From: Geosiphon pyriformis uo1
Taxonomy: Eukaryota > Fungi > Glomeromycota
Length of the DNA: 64,000 bases
Assembly: GCA_016748015.1 (NCBI GenBank)
Contig: JAAOMT010000441.1
Span: forward strand, 372,001 to 436,000
Direction: 5' to 3'
Shown here: positions 12,201-23,866 of the stretch, piece after piece
Position numbering within the stretch: the stretch's first letter is position 1
Layout: each line of letters opens with the position of its first letter
Notes under the pieces: model-generated
Told to the model about the DNA's origin: nothing
Seen by the model: only the letters and a program-made list of their open reading frames with translations
Database searches by the model: none
Position numbers and translations under genes: made by a program

Positions 12201-14917
12201 AGCCTTGCAGTAATAACAAGTAAGATTTTCATATTCTTTTTCAGGTGAAATGCAGACTTCTATTAATGATAGTTTCTTGTGGTATTCCTTATATTTAAGG
12301 GAAATATAGGAGCGTTGTTTCCTTGGTTCAGGCTTTGAGTAAGAGATATTCTATCTAGGGGTTTTGGGTTCAGAATGTGATGTAAAATGTTCTTGTTCAG
12401 TTTCCTTGGGCCAATTGGATGTTAATCCAAGAGCCATGAATGTTTCGATTATTGGTTTTTCTTCTTCTGGTTCAAATTCAAAAGCTGGGGCTTTTTCAGA
12501 GCATTTGTTGAATGTACCACAAGTGACAGGTACTTGGGCATGTTGTCCTTGGTAAGAGATTTGTAGTTCTTGGGTTTCCCAGTCTAATTTCACATTGGCT
12601 TTTTGGAGCCAAATGTTTCCAACAAGGGCTTGATACTGAGGAGCATCTATTATAAGAACTTTGACTGGAATGGTAATTCCATCAAGAGTGAATGGAAAAT
12701 TGTCAATTTCTTCTACTGGAGTCTTTTTCATGCTATTGGCAGTAACAATTACTGTCTGAGCTGGTCGGTCAACATTTTTTTTAACTGTTGTATCAACTGG
12801 TAGATAATGATGCTTCCGGCGGATCCACTGTCTAGGATCAAGCGAATTGGCTTTCCTTCTGCTTCAGCTTCTGTGTATATTGCAGTAATGGCTTTTTGCT
12901 TATTAGCCACTGCACTGCTAAGCAAAAATGGTGATTCATTTGCTTCAAATTCGAAAGAGAATATATTAGAAAGATTGGCATTTTCAGCAATTCTGGCTAA
13001 TGGAATAGTAGTGTGGTTATGAGAAAGATTTTGTTGTTGTGCTGTAGCTCTACCTTCCAAAGGTGCAGTATGGTGAAAATCTTGTTCTTCTGGCATTGTT
13101 AAATAACTGGGTTGAGTGTGATAGTGGTTGGGTCTTGATTGAGTGGAATTTTGGGAAACCAATTGGTTGTTTAAACTGATTCTATTGTTGTTTACTTGGT
13201 ATCAGTTTTGTGGTGTGAATTGATTTTGTGTAATAAGTCTTCGAGCAAGTACTTGATAATGTTGTGTGGGCAGTTGTTGGTATTGCTGTTGGATTGGCTG
13301 TGAAGTGAACTAATAATAGTTACTTTGGTATTGGGGTCTTAGTAGATAGTAGGCTGGTGGTAGTGATTGATAATAAAATTGCTGTAGTGGAGGGTAACGT
13401 TGATTACTCCTATTTGGTTGGTCTTATTGTAGCTTTCTGCAATCTTTTTTCCAGTGGCCAGAGATTCTACAGTAATGGCAATTCTGAGGCTGGTTATTAG
13501 AAAGTGGTGCAAAATTATTTTGACTTTGTCTTTGGGGTGGTTGATATCTTTGGGATTGCTGTTGTTGTTAATTGGTGAAATAGTTTTCAACCTTCTTTGT
13601 GAGTTGGTCAATTTTTTCCTCAGCTGCTGAGCTGGTTTCTTCAATTGCCAAATTTACAAGTTTTGTGCGATTGGCCTCTTCCATGGCCATTTCATATCTT
13701 TTCGCATGCTGTATGACAGAGTTTAAATCTTCTGGAGCATGTGGGCAAATCTTTTTAATTAGCTTATCTTTTAGACCAGCAATAAATTAATTCAAGATTT
13801 GAGCATCAAAATAATAATTATTGGTTTCGAGTTGGCAAATTTGTCTGAAAAGTTTGTTGAATTTTTCAATATAAGTCATAACAGATTCAGAGGATTCTTG
13901 TTTAATATTGTAAAACCAATTTCGAAGGGTGATGGAGGTATTATTGTCGGTGAACTGTTTAAGGAAGACTGCTTTGAAAGTGTCCCAGTCATTGAATGGA
14001 GTGGCCAAGTTTTCAAACCATTTTCCTGCTGTTCTTTTGAGAAAGTAGAGAATTGTTCTTAACATTCTGGCAGCATTCCATCCATTTGCATCTCCAGCTT
14101 TAGTAACTTGGTCAAGCCATTCTTGGGAACTGGTCTCAATATCTTCTCCATTAAATTCAGGAATTTTTGTGATGTATGCTGTCATTTCATCTTCTTTGTT
14201 TTCACTGTCTATTGATTCTTCTTCAGTTATTTCAGAGTCATTTTTTTCATTTGCTGCTGTCTTAGAGTGTTCACTTTGATTTTTAGCTAGAAAATCAAGG
14301 AGATTGGAATTAGTTTGAAGGGGTTCTTGCTGTTTGGTGGGACTTCTGAGTGATGTAAAATCTTCTGGTCTTGCAAATCAATTCAAGGGTAAATTAAGTG
14401 TTTGTGCTTGTGCAAGTGAAGCTAGAAAAGATGTGATGGTGAGTGGAAGTTTTGAACTGGTTCCTTGTTCAGGTGTTTGTAAGTGTTTGGCAGTTGTTTT
14501 TGGTAGTATTGAAGTATTTAGGGTGGTTTTTGAGTATTGCTTTAATTTGTGTTTGCCTTTGTTGCTTGTTTCTGTCTTTGATTCAAAATCAATAGAGTAT
14601 TGAGACTGCACTGGATATGTTTCTTCACAGTACTTGATAATGTTAAAATTAAGTTTTTGAAAGTAAGTGGCAAGTGTTTCACTGTTAAGATCTTCAGTTC
14701 CCAACTGTGAATAGTGTGCTAAATTATTGTAAAGGTTGCTTTTAACTTCTGAGATATTGTAATTTCCAAAAAGATAATTGTTGATACAGTTTTTAATATA
14801 TTGGTATACTGATTTCTTGACAACTTCAATTCCGTTTGGAATGTTGAATCTTTGCTTGCAGTAGGTGTAAATTGACTGGTAATACTCTAGAGTTGTTGCA
14901 TCTGGTGTGGTCACCAC
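9300..14917 (-). pseudogene. Gag-PR-CysRich-dUTPase-RT-RNaseH polyprotein of element B (fragmented)
   Basis: Gag IPEFNGED..WLDQV; CCHC knuckle CHYCRISGHWKKDC; protease LILDSGSAGS; dUTPase DVGYDL/IIDAGYTGNI/KIAQ/GFGST; RT MPFGL/YLDN; RNase H AEKNY..TELE. Confidence 0.92.
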
Positions 14918-14946
14918 TTTGAAGTTGTTTTTGTTGTGTTGTTTCT

Positions 14947-14960
14947 GTAGGAGAGCACCA
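14947..14960 (-). promoter_or_regulatory. Primer binding site of element B (TGGTGCTCTCCTAC)
   Basis: Starts with TGG 2 nt downstream of the 5' LTR; the tRNA was not identified. Confidence 0.8.
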
Positions 14961-14962
14961 AA

Positions 14963-15940
14963 TGTTACTGGAGGTTTTTGGTCTCTTTTCTTGAATGTTG
15001 TTAATGTTAATTTGCTGTGAATTCACATTTTCAGGAAGTAGTTGAACCTCCAGTAACTGAATTTATCTTCAAATTATTTTCTATAATTTGAACTGCTGGA
15101 CTTATCAATAGAATGGCCAATTCTGTGCCAGTTGCTTTGTGTAGTTATGTTGTAGTAAATGTCAACTCTTTCCCAGGAATTGCTTGTCTGGAAGCTTACT
15201 AAAAATGTGTAGTTACTTTACTGTAAAAGTCAACTCTTCTACAGGAATCTCATCTGTAGGCTATTCCAATGATTATACTAAGAAAAAGAAAAAAAAAATG
15301 AAAGAAATGCAAAAGAACTAGAATTTTGTCAAGAAAAACGTTTTCTATTCAGGCCTGGAGTTACTAACAGTTTACTGAAATTGGTAGTTAATTAATTTCA
15401 AAATGTTAGTTGGATTTTGGGGATTTTCCAAGTACAATAATTAAAGAATTTGGTTTTTTGAATTATTTGATATTTTTTTTTGTGTGTATAGGAATGGTTC
15501 TAAGTGATAAATCTAAAGTAAGATACATTTTCTTGAAGAGAGAAGCTCTTCTTTTATACAACTTGTCATAACACTATTCTATGAACTTAAACTTTGCTAT
15601 TTTCTATAATTTCGCTGAACTAAAGATATATTTTGGCAAACTACAAGTTATTTCTGCAAACTATTAGATATTTCGGCGAACTATTAATTATTTTGGCAAA
15701 TTTCTTACAAATTTCGGCGAACTTTTTAAATGTTACATAGTTCGGAGTATTGCATGATTAATCATTGTAATTAGGTCACATTTGTGTTATGTACAAATTG
15801 GGTTATTAATTAAATGATAATTTTGGATATTTTGCTAATGTAATAAGTGATAATATGAAATGATAATATACGCTAATTAATGATAAGATTTATAAGAGTA
15901 ATTTCATGCTAAACACTATCTCTAATTTCATTTGGTAACA
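14963..15940 (-). repeat. 5' LTR of element B
   Basis: tgttac...gtaaca, 978 bp versus 979 bp for the 3' copy. Confidence 0.95.
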
Positions 15941-15944
15941 ATGT

Positions 15945-16713
15945 TCTAATCATTTTGGTTTTCTTGGTTGAGCTTAGCTATTGCTTCACACAATGTTCTG
16001 TTGAATCTTTCAACTAATCTGTTAATTTGTGGATGGTATGGTGATAATAGTGGTCTCTTAATTCCGAATCTTTGGCTCAATTTTGTTAATGTTCTGTTCA
16101 CAAAATGAGTTCTTTGGTCTGATAATAATTCTTTTGAACATCTGTGTCAACAAATTAAATCTTGATAAACAAATTTAGCAACAGATTCTGCATCCACTCT
16201 TTGAATTGCTTTCGCCTCTGGCCATTTAGTGAGATAGTTCATGGCTACTGCTATGTACCTGTTTCCTCCTCTGGTGATTGTTAATGGTCCGACTAGATCA
16301 ATTTCAATACAGTTGAATGGTTGTCCCATTTTGATTGGTCTTAATGGTTCACTGGATTTTATTCCTTCTTTTCGCTGACAAGCATCACAATTTTGAACAT
16401 ATTGGATGATGTCTGGATACATTGATGGCCAATAGTATTTTTTTCTGGTTCTTTCTATGATTGCTTCTTTGTGAAAGTGTCTTGCTGTTGGATTTGAGTG
16501 CATGTTGAATAATATTGTTTCTTTTTCTGGCTCTGTAATTACTCTGGTTGGTTGTTCTAACTCTCTTCTATTTTTTTGATAAAGTATATTTTGGTAAGTG
16601 ATAAAATATTTTGATTGTTTTTTGATACTCTTTTGTTCTGTTTGAGATAAATTCTCCTTGAATTGTTGAGTGTTTATATAATGTTACAGTTGTTGATATT
16701 TTTGTATGTTCAT
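15945..16713 (-). pseudogene. Integrase of element A, N-terminal part
   Basis: ATG at 16713 (MNIQKYQQL); MHSNPTARH..YYWP..CDACQ; IDLVGPL; HPQINRLVERFN. Confidence 0.9.
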
Positions 16714-16775
16714 CTTTTGTTATATTTTTTGTTTGGTATTGTTCTGGTTTGTTATATTTTTGGGTTGAAATGTTC

Positions 16776-19700
16776 TTAGATTTGTCTCATTTGCGACAAA
16801 CTGTCAGCATTTCCGTTGTTTTTTCTTTTTTTATAATGTATAGTATAATTATATGGTGCGAATGCTATTTTCTATCTTGACTGTCTTCTATCTCCAAATT
16901 TTTGTTTTTGAAGTAATGTTAATCCTTTGTGATCTGTGTATACTTCAAACTTCTGGCTCAAGTATTCTTTCTATTTCATGACTGCCCAGTATATTGCTAA
17001 GTGTTCTTGTTCCGGTGTTCCATAGTTCTTTTCGGCTGGTGTTAAACCTCTACTGGCATATACTACTAGATGTTCCCTGTCATCTGGTTTTCTCTGAAAT
17101 AGTACTGCTTCCAATGCTTGGCCAGATGCATTGGTGGTAATAATGAATGATTTGCTGTGATCTGGATAGATCAGTATTAGAGCTTAAATGAGCTTTCTTC
17201 TTAAAATATCAAAAGCTTCTTGTTGACTTTCTGTCCATTTATATTTTGTATTCTTGGTTTGCAGTTGGTTGAGTGGCTGCACTATCTTGGAAAAGTTTTT
17301 GATAAAATGTCAATAGTAGCTGGTGAATTCCAAGAATGATTTCAGTTTTGTCATATTTGTTAGCACTAAAAAGTTCTTTACTATCTCTATTTTCTCTAGA
17401 TCCGTTTTGATGCTGTCTTTGCTGACTATGTGTCCCAAGAATTTTAGTTCTGTTTTGCCAAAAAAACACTTTGTTGTATTTAACTTTAGTCCTGCTTTTC
17501 TTAGTCTTTCAAACACTTGTTGAAGATAATGAAGATGATCATCAAATGTTTTTGAGAATACATTGGTGTCATCAGTATACAACTACTGATTTCCACAATA
17601 AGCCAATATAAACAATTTTCATTAGCCTTTGGAAAGTGGCTGGTGCGTTGGTTAAGCCAAATGGCATAACTTCAAACTCAAAGTTTCTCTCTTTTGTGGT
17701 GAATGCCATTTTTTTTTGTTGACTGAATCCATAGCTACTTGCCAGTAACTACTATCTAAGTTTAATGTTGAGAACCATTTGTTCCTGCCGAAAGCATCAA
17801 ATAATTCCTGTATTTGTGGAGTTGGATAGCTGTCTTCATGAGTTACACTGTTGAGTTTCCTGTAGTCCACACAAAATCGGATTTTTCCATTCTTTTTATA
17901 GACAAGTACCACTGATGATGATCATGAGCTTATTGATGGTTGAATTAGTCCGTTGTTCAGCATTCAGTTTATCTCTTAATAAATGATCTCGTGGCTGGCT
18001 GGTGGCACTTTGTATGCTTTTTGTTTAATTGGCATTATATCTTCAGTCTTTATTTGATGTTGGATGATGTCAGTTTAGCCAAACTCGTTTTTACTGGCAA
18101 AGATGTTATTAAAATTGTTGAGCAACATCTTAAGCTACATATGTTGTAATGGGTCCAGATTTGCCATGTTCATTTGTTCTAATTGTTTTGGTTGAAACAA
18201 ATAACATTTGTCTTGTCCAAAGATGGTTTGTGATGTGATGTCAACATATTCACAAAGTTGTGGAAAGTCTGGAATGGGGTTTGGTGGTTGATCTTCTATT
18301 TCTGTGGTTAAATATCCGATGGTGGTTCCTTCTGGTATGTTAATGACATTGCCAGTGTTGTTGTAGATGGGAATTTTTATGCAGCTATAGCTTTTGGCTG
18401 GTATGTGGAGATTGATCAGTCTGATTTCTCCTGATTCACAAAGATTTGCTTCTGCTTCAAAAATCTGTTCTTGCTCTTTTTTCTTCTTTTCTATTGCTAG
18501 CATGTACTGGCTATATGGTGGAATGGAAATAGCTTGACTGGTTGAGATAATTTCTCCTTGGTCAACAATTTCTTTCTCCACCATATTAATTGGTACATCT
18601 ATTCTACCCATTGACCCAAATCCCTGTATCTTTCTTGCTGTTATTCCTAACTCTTCCCTATTTCTCACTGACACTAATTGAGCTATTTTAACCAGAGGCA
18701 GAAATATTGTCTGTGCTATCTTTTTGTTTGGCTCTATAATATAGGTCTTTTCTGAATTATTTTGTAGCATGGCGATAATATTTCCTACATATCCTGCATT
18801 AATTATTTCTTCTCTTATATTAATCTCTCTTTTTGCTAAACTACTTTGGGATGCTAGTTGAACCATTGTTGTTGCTGGGATTTCCAGCACTATTTTCAGA
18901 TCAATACAGGTGCGCGAATGTGGTTCCAATTTGATGGCATTTTTTTCTGGATACCTTAAGTCAAATCCAGCATCAGTATCATGCATGCATTCTGGCATAA
19001 TACCTTTATTATTATTGCTGAACCATTTCAATTCTTGTTCCTTGGTAAGATCAGGAAGTGCAATATATTGTTCATAATTTGAGTCAGAGTTTGAATCTGA
19101 GTTGATATTGTTGTCATTGTCATTGCCATTTTGAATGAAGCTGGAACTGTTATTCTCGTCATTATCATTGTCGGAGTTTGAATTGGGATTGAACGGTGAT
19201 TCCAACTCCAATGCGCAGCTGCTGATTGGTTCTTCCTCTTCGGGGATCATGTAGATCATGTGTGGTGGTGGATTGTAAATGAGGTTACAATTGTCACAAT
19301 ATTCAAAGTCATTGGGAATTAAACAATGGTGACACAGTCTTGTATTTAACTGTACTAGCTGTTGTTTTTGCTCCTCTCTAATGGGTGCCAAGTTTTAGTA
19401 GTATTCATGGAACTCTTCTGGTTCCAGAGAATTTATGATTGGCTCTGCATTCCAGTCAAGCTCGATGGGTTTTAGTGAGTTGTTTTTAATTGTTCTGATT
19501 TCTTTTGGCACCTTCAATTTTGGTGATTGCTATTTGCTATAATTTATTGTTGTTGTGTGGACAGCTGTTCAATTGCTGTACAGCTCTTCTCCAGGCGGCT
19601 TCTATTGGTGTCCCTTTTTCAACCCAGTTACTGATGAAGATTGTGTATTGGCAGAACACATCGCACATTCCTTCTCTCCCAGGAATGTTATTCCACATTC

Positions 19701-22700
19701 CTTTGTCAAGGAAAGTTTTTTCACATGCTAAACATGGTGTATTATCCCATTTTCCCACTTGTTTTGGTTTTCCAAAACGTTCGATGAGGCATGTGTAGCA
19801 ATAAAACTTGGTTGCCATCCAATATTCTTTATTGTCGTCACAGCATGTGCCCATTGACGACAATTTCTTGTTGCAATCAATGCATACAAGCCTTGGTCAT
19901 CAATAATTGGATTGTTGTGGAGTGGGGTGGATGTAGGAATTATAAATGGCGGTGGTTTGAGTGGTTTCTTCTTTTTTTTTTCCTTTCCCTTTATCTTCTT
20001 TGTTTTCTTCCCATTCCCAGTTTGCAGTTGGTTCACTCTCGTTGTTGTCAGTCCATGTCAGGTCATTGGTTTCCCAGGTAAGTTCTTCTTTATGTTTCCT
20101 TTTTCCATTGTCATTGTCGTCTCAGGAGAGTATTGGCGGCAGTTCATTGTGCTCTTCTTTGGCCCACAATACTTGGTAGGCTTCTCAGGTAGGTTTTGGT
20201 TTTTCTTTCTCGAAGTTGATTAGTGTGTTGGTAGCCTTGAAATGGCCACATGTTGCTGTATATACATGTGTTATCTGTTCTGGCTAAGTTGAAGCTCTTG
20301 TGTGTTCCAGTTTAGAGTAGTATTTGTCTTGAACAGCCAGTCATTACCAACTAGAACTTGGTATTGGGTGGCTTCCATGACAAGTACTTTGATTGGTACT
20401 ATAATGCCATTAATTTCAATTGGTAAGCCGTCAATTTTGCCGATTGGAGTCTTGGTTACTCCATCAGCTGTGATGATTCTGACACTGGCAGCTTGATCAA
20501 CTTGGCAACCTAATTGATCCATGAGTTGTCGTGTGATGATGCTGTCTGCTGAACCACTGTCAAGAATTAGTTTGATGAAATGGCCATCAATTTTCACATC
20601 AGTGTATATGGCAGTAATTGGCTTTTCTTCCAGTGCAGCTCTACTGAATAATAGTGTGGTTGATGGTTCCTTGAGTTTAAATGGAAAAATGGTGTTCAGA
20701 GATTCATCTTCTGTGATCGTAGCAGGTAGAATGTTGCTGGTAGGTAGTTGTTTGAGTTCCTGGTTGTTGGGTGTGGCATTTTCTGGAGTAATCAGGAGAC
20801 TTAAATAGTTTTGGGAATTCAGGTTTTGGGTGGTATTTGTACCCGAATTCCGAGAATAGAGTCCGGAGCTTTGGTGAGAGGGGCTGGGGATTGGTTGATG
20901 AACAATCATCGCTGATCTCCAATTTTGAGGAATTCTGGGTCTCAGGTTTTCTGATGTCATTGTAGCTGAGTTTTGGATTAGTGTTTGGATTGATAGTTGA
21001 AACTGATAAATTATTTGGAACTGCGGCTGATAAATTATTGAAGACTGCTGTTAATAAATTGCCAGTGGCTGTGGTTGATAAACTGGAGGTTGATAGATTG
21101 GTTGCTGCATCATTGGTAGGTAAGTATTTTGATATTGGTATTGATCTTGATTTAGATAATAGTTCAGAGTTTGGAACCAACGGTTGGGGTTTCTGTATTG
21201 ATTTTCCGATCGTTGGTTGCTATAAGTATGGCAATTAACTCAAATATGGTCTCGTTTACCACAATAGTGGCAGATACGCATTTTCTGTTGTCACTGTTGA
21301 TTGGTCAATAAAGATGAATGTGGTTAATTTTGGGCACAATTAGAGTTTCCTTGATTATTGTGTCGTTGAGGAAGCTGATAAATGGTGTGATTTTCAGCTA
21401 AGTATTCTTCCAATCTCTTATTAATTGATTCACTGAACTTTTCCAATTTGGAATCCAATTCAGATGATCCATTCATTACTAGATTAATGGCTTGGGTGTG
21501 GTTGGCCTCTGACTCAGTGGATTCAAAATCTTTGGTGTGTGTAACTGCGTTTTAAAGTGTGCCTGGATGCAACGAATGTATATGTTGTAAGATGCTGCTG
21601 CACAGGCCACGGATAAACTGTTTGAGGATTTGTAGTGCTGTGAAATAGTTGGTGTCAATTGCTTGAATTTGGCATAGATTTCAATGAAAGCATCCTAGAT
21701 AAGTAGTGACTGCTTCAGTTTCTCCTTGTTTTATGGTTGTAAATGTGTTGACTAGGGAATTAATACTGTTATTGTTGTTAAAGTATCTTAGGAATTCCAC
21801 TTTGAAGGCATTGAAATCTTGTGGTTTATTAATCAAGCTTTGATACCAGGAATTGACGGTATTCTTGAGAAAGTAGGGAATGGCTGTATTGCTTGGGCAT
21901 CATTTCATTCATTGGCTGTGATGGCCTTTTCTACATCATTCAGCCATACTTAAGTGTCATCCTCTTTGCTGGTAAAGTTGTTAAGTTTTGCGATTGGTGC
22001 GTAAGCCATTGGATCTAAGTTGGATTGTTGTGGTACTGGTTGTTGGGGTGGAAGTGGCTGTTGTATGGATTCAGCTATTGGATTAATTGGTAGTTGATTG
22101 ATAACAATTACCGGAGGTAAGTTTTGTTGATTAATTAATTCAGAGTTTAGATTGTTCTGCCTTTGATGATTCAGAGTTTCGATTTCTGAATTTTCTAGAT
22201 TTAGATTTTGTTGAGTTTCAAAATTCGGAGTTTCAACTTCTGAGTTTTCAGTGATCAGGTTCTGGTAAGTAAATTCTTGTTCCTCAGATTTTTCTTCCTT
22301 TTTTTTTGATTTTGTTACTTCTTACAGATCAGAAATTCCGAAATCTGGTGACAGTGGTGGTGATTGGAGGCCTAATGGAGTTGGTAATTGCAAGTTAAAT
22401 CCTTCAAAGTATTTGCTATATGGTCCTAATAAGTCTGTTTTCTCTTGTTTATTTTGAAATAGAAATCTTCCAAATGCTGATGTCACATTTGATGTGAACG
22501 TGCCTGTAGATGTAATATTAATGGCACTTTTCAGTGTGTAGTGATAGGATGGAGCAGTTGGTGATTCAACTCTTGTTTTCTTCCAAGTGGGTGGTTGTAT
22601 CTTTTTGGGTGTTATTGCTGGTATTTGTAGTTTTCCTTTGCCTTTACTGGCATAAGTAATTGAATATCTTTGTTGGGTGTGATGTTTAATTTTTTTGTTG

Positions 22701-22960
22701 ATCTCAGTAATGATAAAGGCAAAATTGTGATTTGTTGGCAGGTTGGTATTTTGAATTAATTCTCTATAGAAAGTTTCCCTGGCTGATTTAGTATTCACTG
22801 GTGTTCCTAACAAAGAGGAAATCTTTTTGTTAACGTAAAAATTAAAGGCTAATTCAATGGATATATTATTGTGGTTTAATCCCAAGTATTGACAATAGTG
22901 TTGAAATAAGGATTTTGCGAATCCTAAATGGTTTGCTCCTATATTTTCTAATTCTGCCAC
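16776..22960 (-). pseudogene. Gag-PR-CysRich-dUTPase-RT-RNaseH polyprotein of element A (fragmented)
   Basis: Gag MAYAPIAKL..WLNDV (~22008); CCHC CHYCGKRDHI (~21270); protease LILDSGSADS; dUTPase DAGFDL/IINAGYVGNI/KIAQ/GFGS; RT RFCVDYRKLN/MPFGL/YTDD; RNase H. Confidence 0.92.
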
Positions 22961-23003
22961 TTTTGGATAGTGTTTGTTGGTGCTGGTTCTCTGTAAGATT
23001 ATA

Positions 23004-23020
23004 CCTCACAGGAAGCACCA
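23004..23020 (-). promoter_or_regulatory. Primer binding site of element A (TGGTGCTTCCTGTGAGG), resembling the 3' end of elongator tRNA-Met
   Basis: Complement CCTCACAGGAAGCACCA resembles eukaryotic elongator tRNA-Met 3' ends as I recall them; not searched. Confidence 0.75.
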
Positions 23021-23022
23021 AA

Positions 23023-23866
23023 TGTTACAGGTGACAATTTCTGGTGTTGAATTAAATACAAACCTGTAACTTGGTGCTCAAAGCTATTCTTGTTGTCAAT
23101 GATCTGAAGGTTTTGTATCTGAAGGATTTGGTTGAGTTCTTTGTATAATGGACAGAGATTCAATGGTGATGGTTTTATTCATAGCTTCCCGAAACCACAG
23201 TTTCATCAATTTCTTTTTCAGCTTGATGGCCAGTATTTCTCCTAATAAGCTATCCTCAATCGAGTGTTCTACTCTTATTTCTGGGTCTTTTACCAGTCAC
23301 ATTTATCCTGACATTAGTACCCCACATGTTAATCCTCAATAGAGTTAGTAAACAACAATAAAATTAAAGCAAGAAAATAAAGAAAATAAAATAAAATAAA
23401 GAAAGAAAAGAAATAAGCCAAGGTGATTTGCAAGTTAGTATTCCGTCAATAGCCATAATCAAGAGCTATTGTTCCAGTGTGGTTAAATATCAATTACTAT
23501 CAACATAAAGTGTTGATAGTGGAAATAGGTTTAAAATAACAAATAGTAATTTGGAGAGTTGCTTAAATTAAATCTAAACTAAGAAGTCTGTCTTTTCAGC
23601 TTCTAATCCTACTGCTATATATACATAATTGAGATTTCTCAATTCCTCGATTCTTCACGATAGGAATCCTGGAATTCCTGGAATCCTGCGATTTCTTTGA
23701 GAGAAATCCTGGAATTCTGGAATCCTGTGATTCCTTGTTGGGGAATCTTGAAATTCCTGGAATCCTGCAATTCCTGAGAGGAATCCTGGAATTCCACATT
23801 TACTATGCCTACTTCTGATTGGCTAATAATCATGCTAATATATTTCCTATATTTCTATGAGTAACA
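23023..23866 (-). repeat. 5' LTR of element A
   Basis: tgttac...gtaaca; repeat of 4075-4957. Confidence 0.95.

Larger units (their letters stand above)
6055..15940 (-). mobile_element. Ty3/Gypsy LTR retrotransposon B (9886 bp), nested in the integrase of element A
   Basis: LTRs 6055-7033 and 14963-15940, 4-bp TSD ATGT (6051-6054, 15941-15944), PBS, PPT, gag/PR/dUTPase/RT/RH/IN remnants. Confidence 0.95.
4075..23866 (-). mobile_element. Ty3/Gypsy LTR retrotransposon A (~9.9 kb after removing nested element B), inserted in LINE copy 1
   Basis: Paired LTRs with T(G/A)TTAC...GTAACA ends, 4-bp TSD ATGG (4071-4074, 23867-23870), PBS, PPT, PR-RT-RH-IN order; removing it restores the LINE frame FFGSIHNNHVNQIMTDFG. 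Confidence 0.95.

Noticed and set aside
23596-23833. Repetitive ORFs in LTR A (SRIPG / FQDS repeats)
   Set aside because: They are translations of the GGAATTCC microrepeat and are not kept open in the same form in the other LTR
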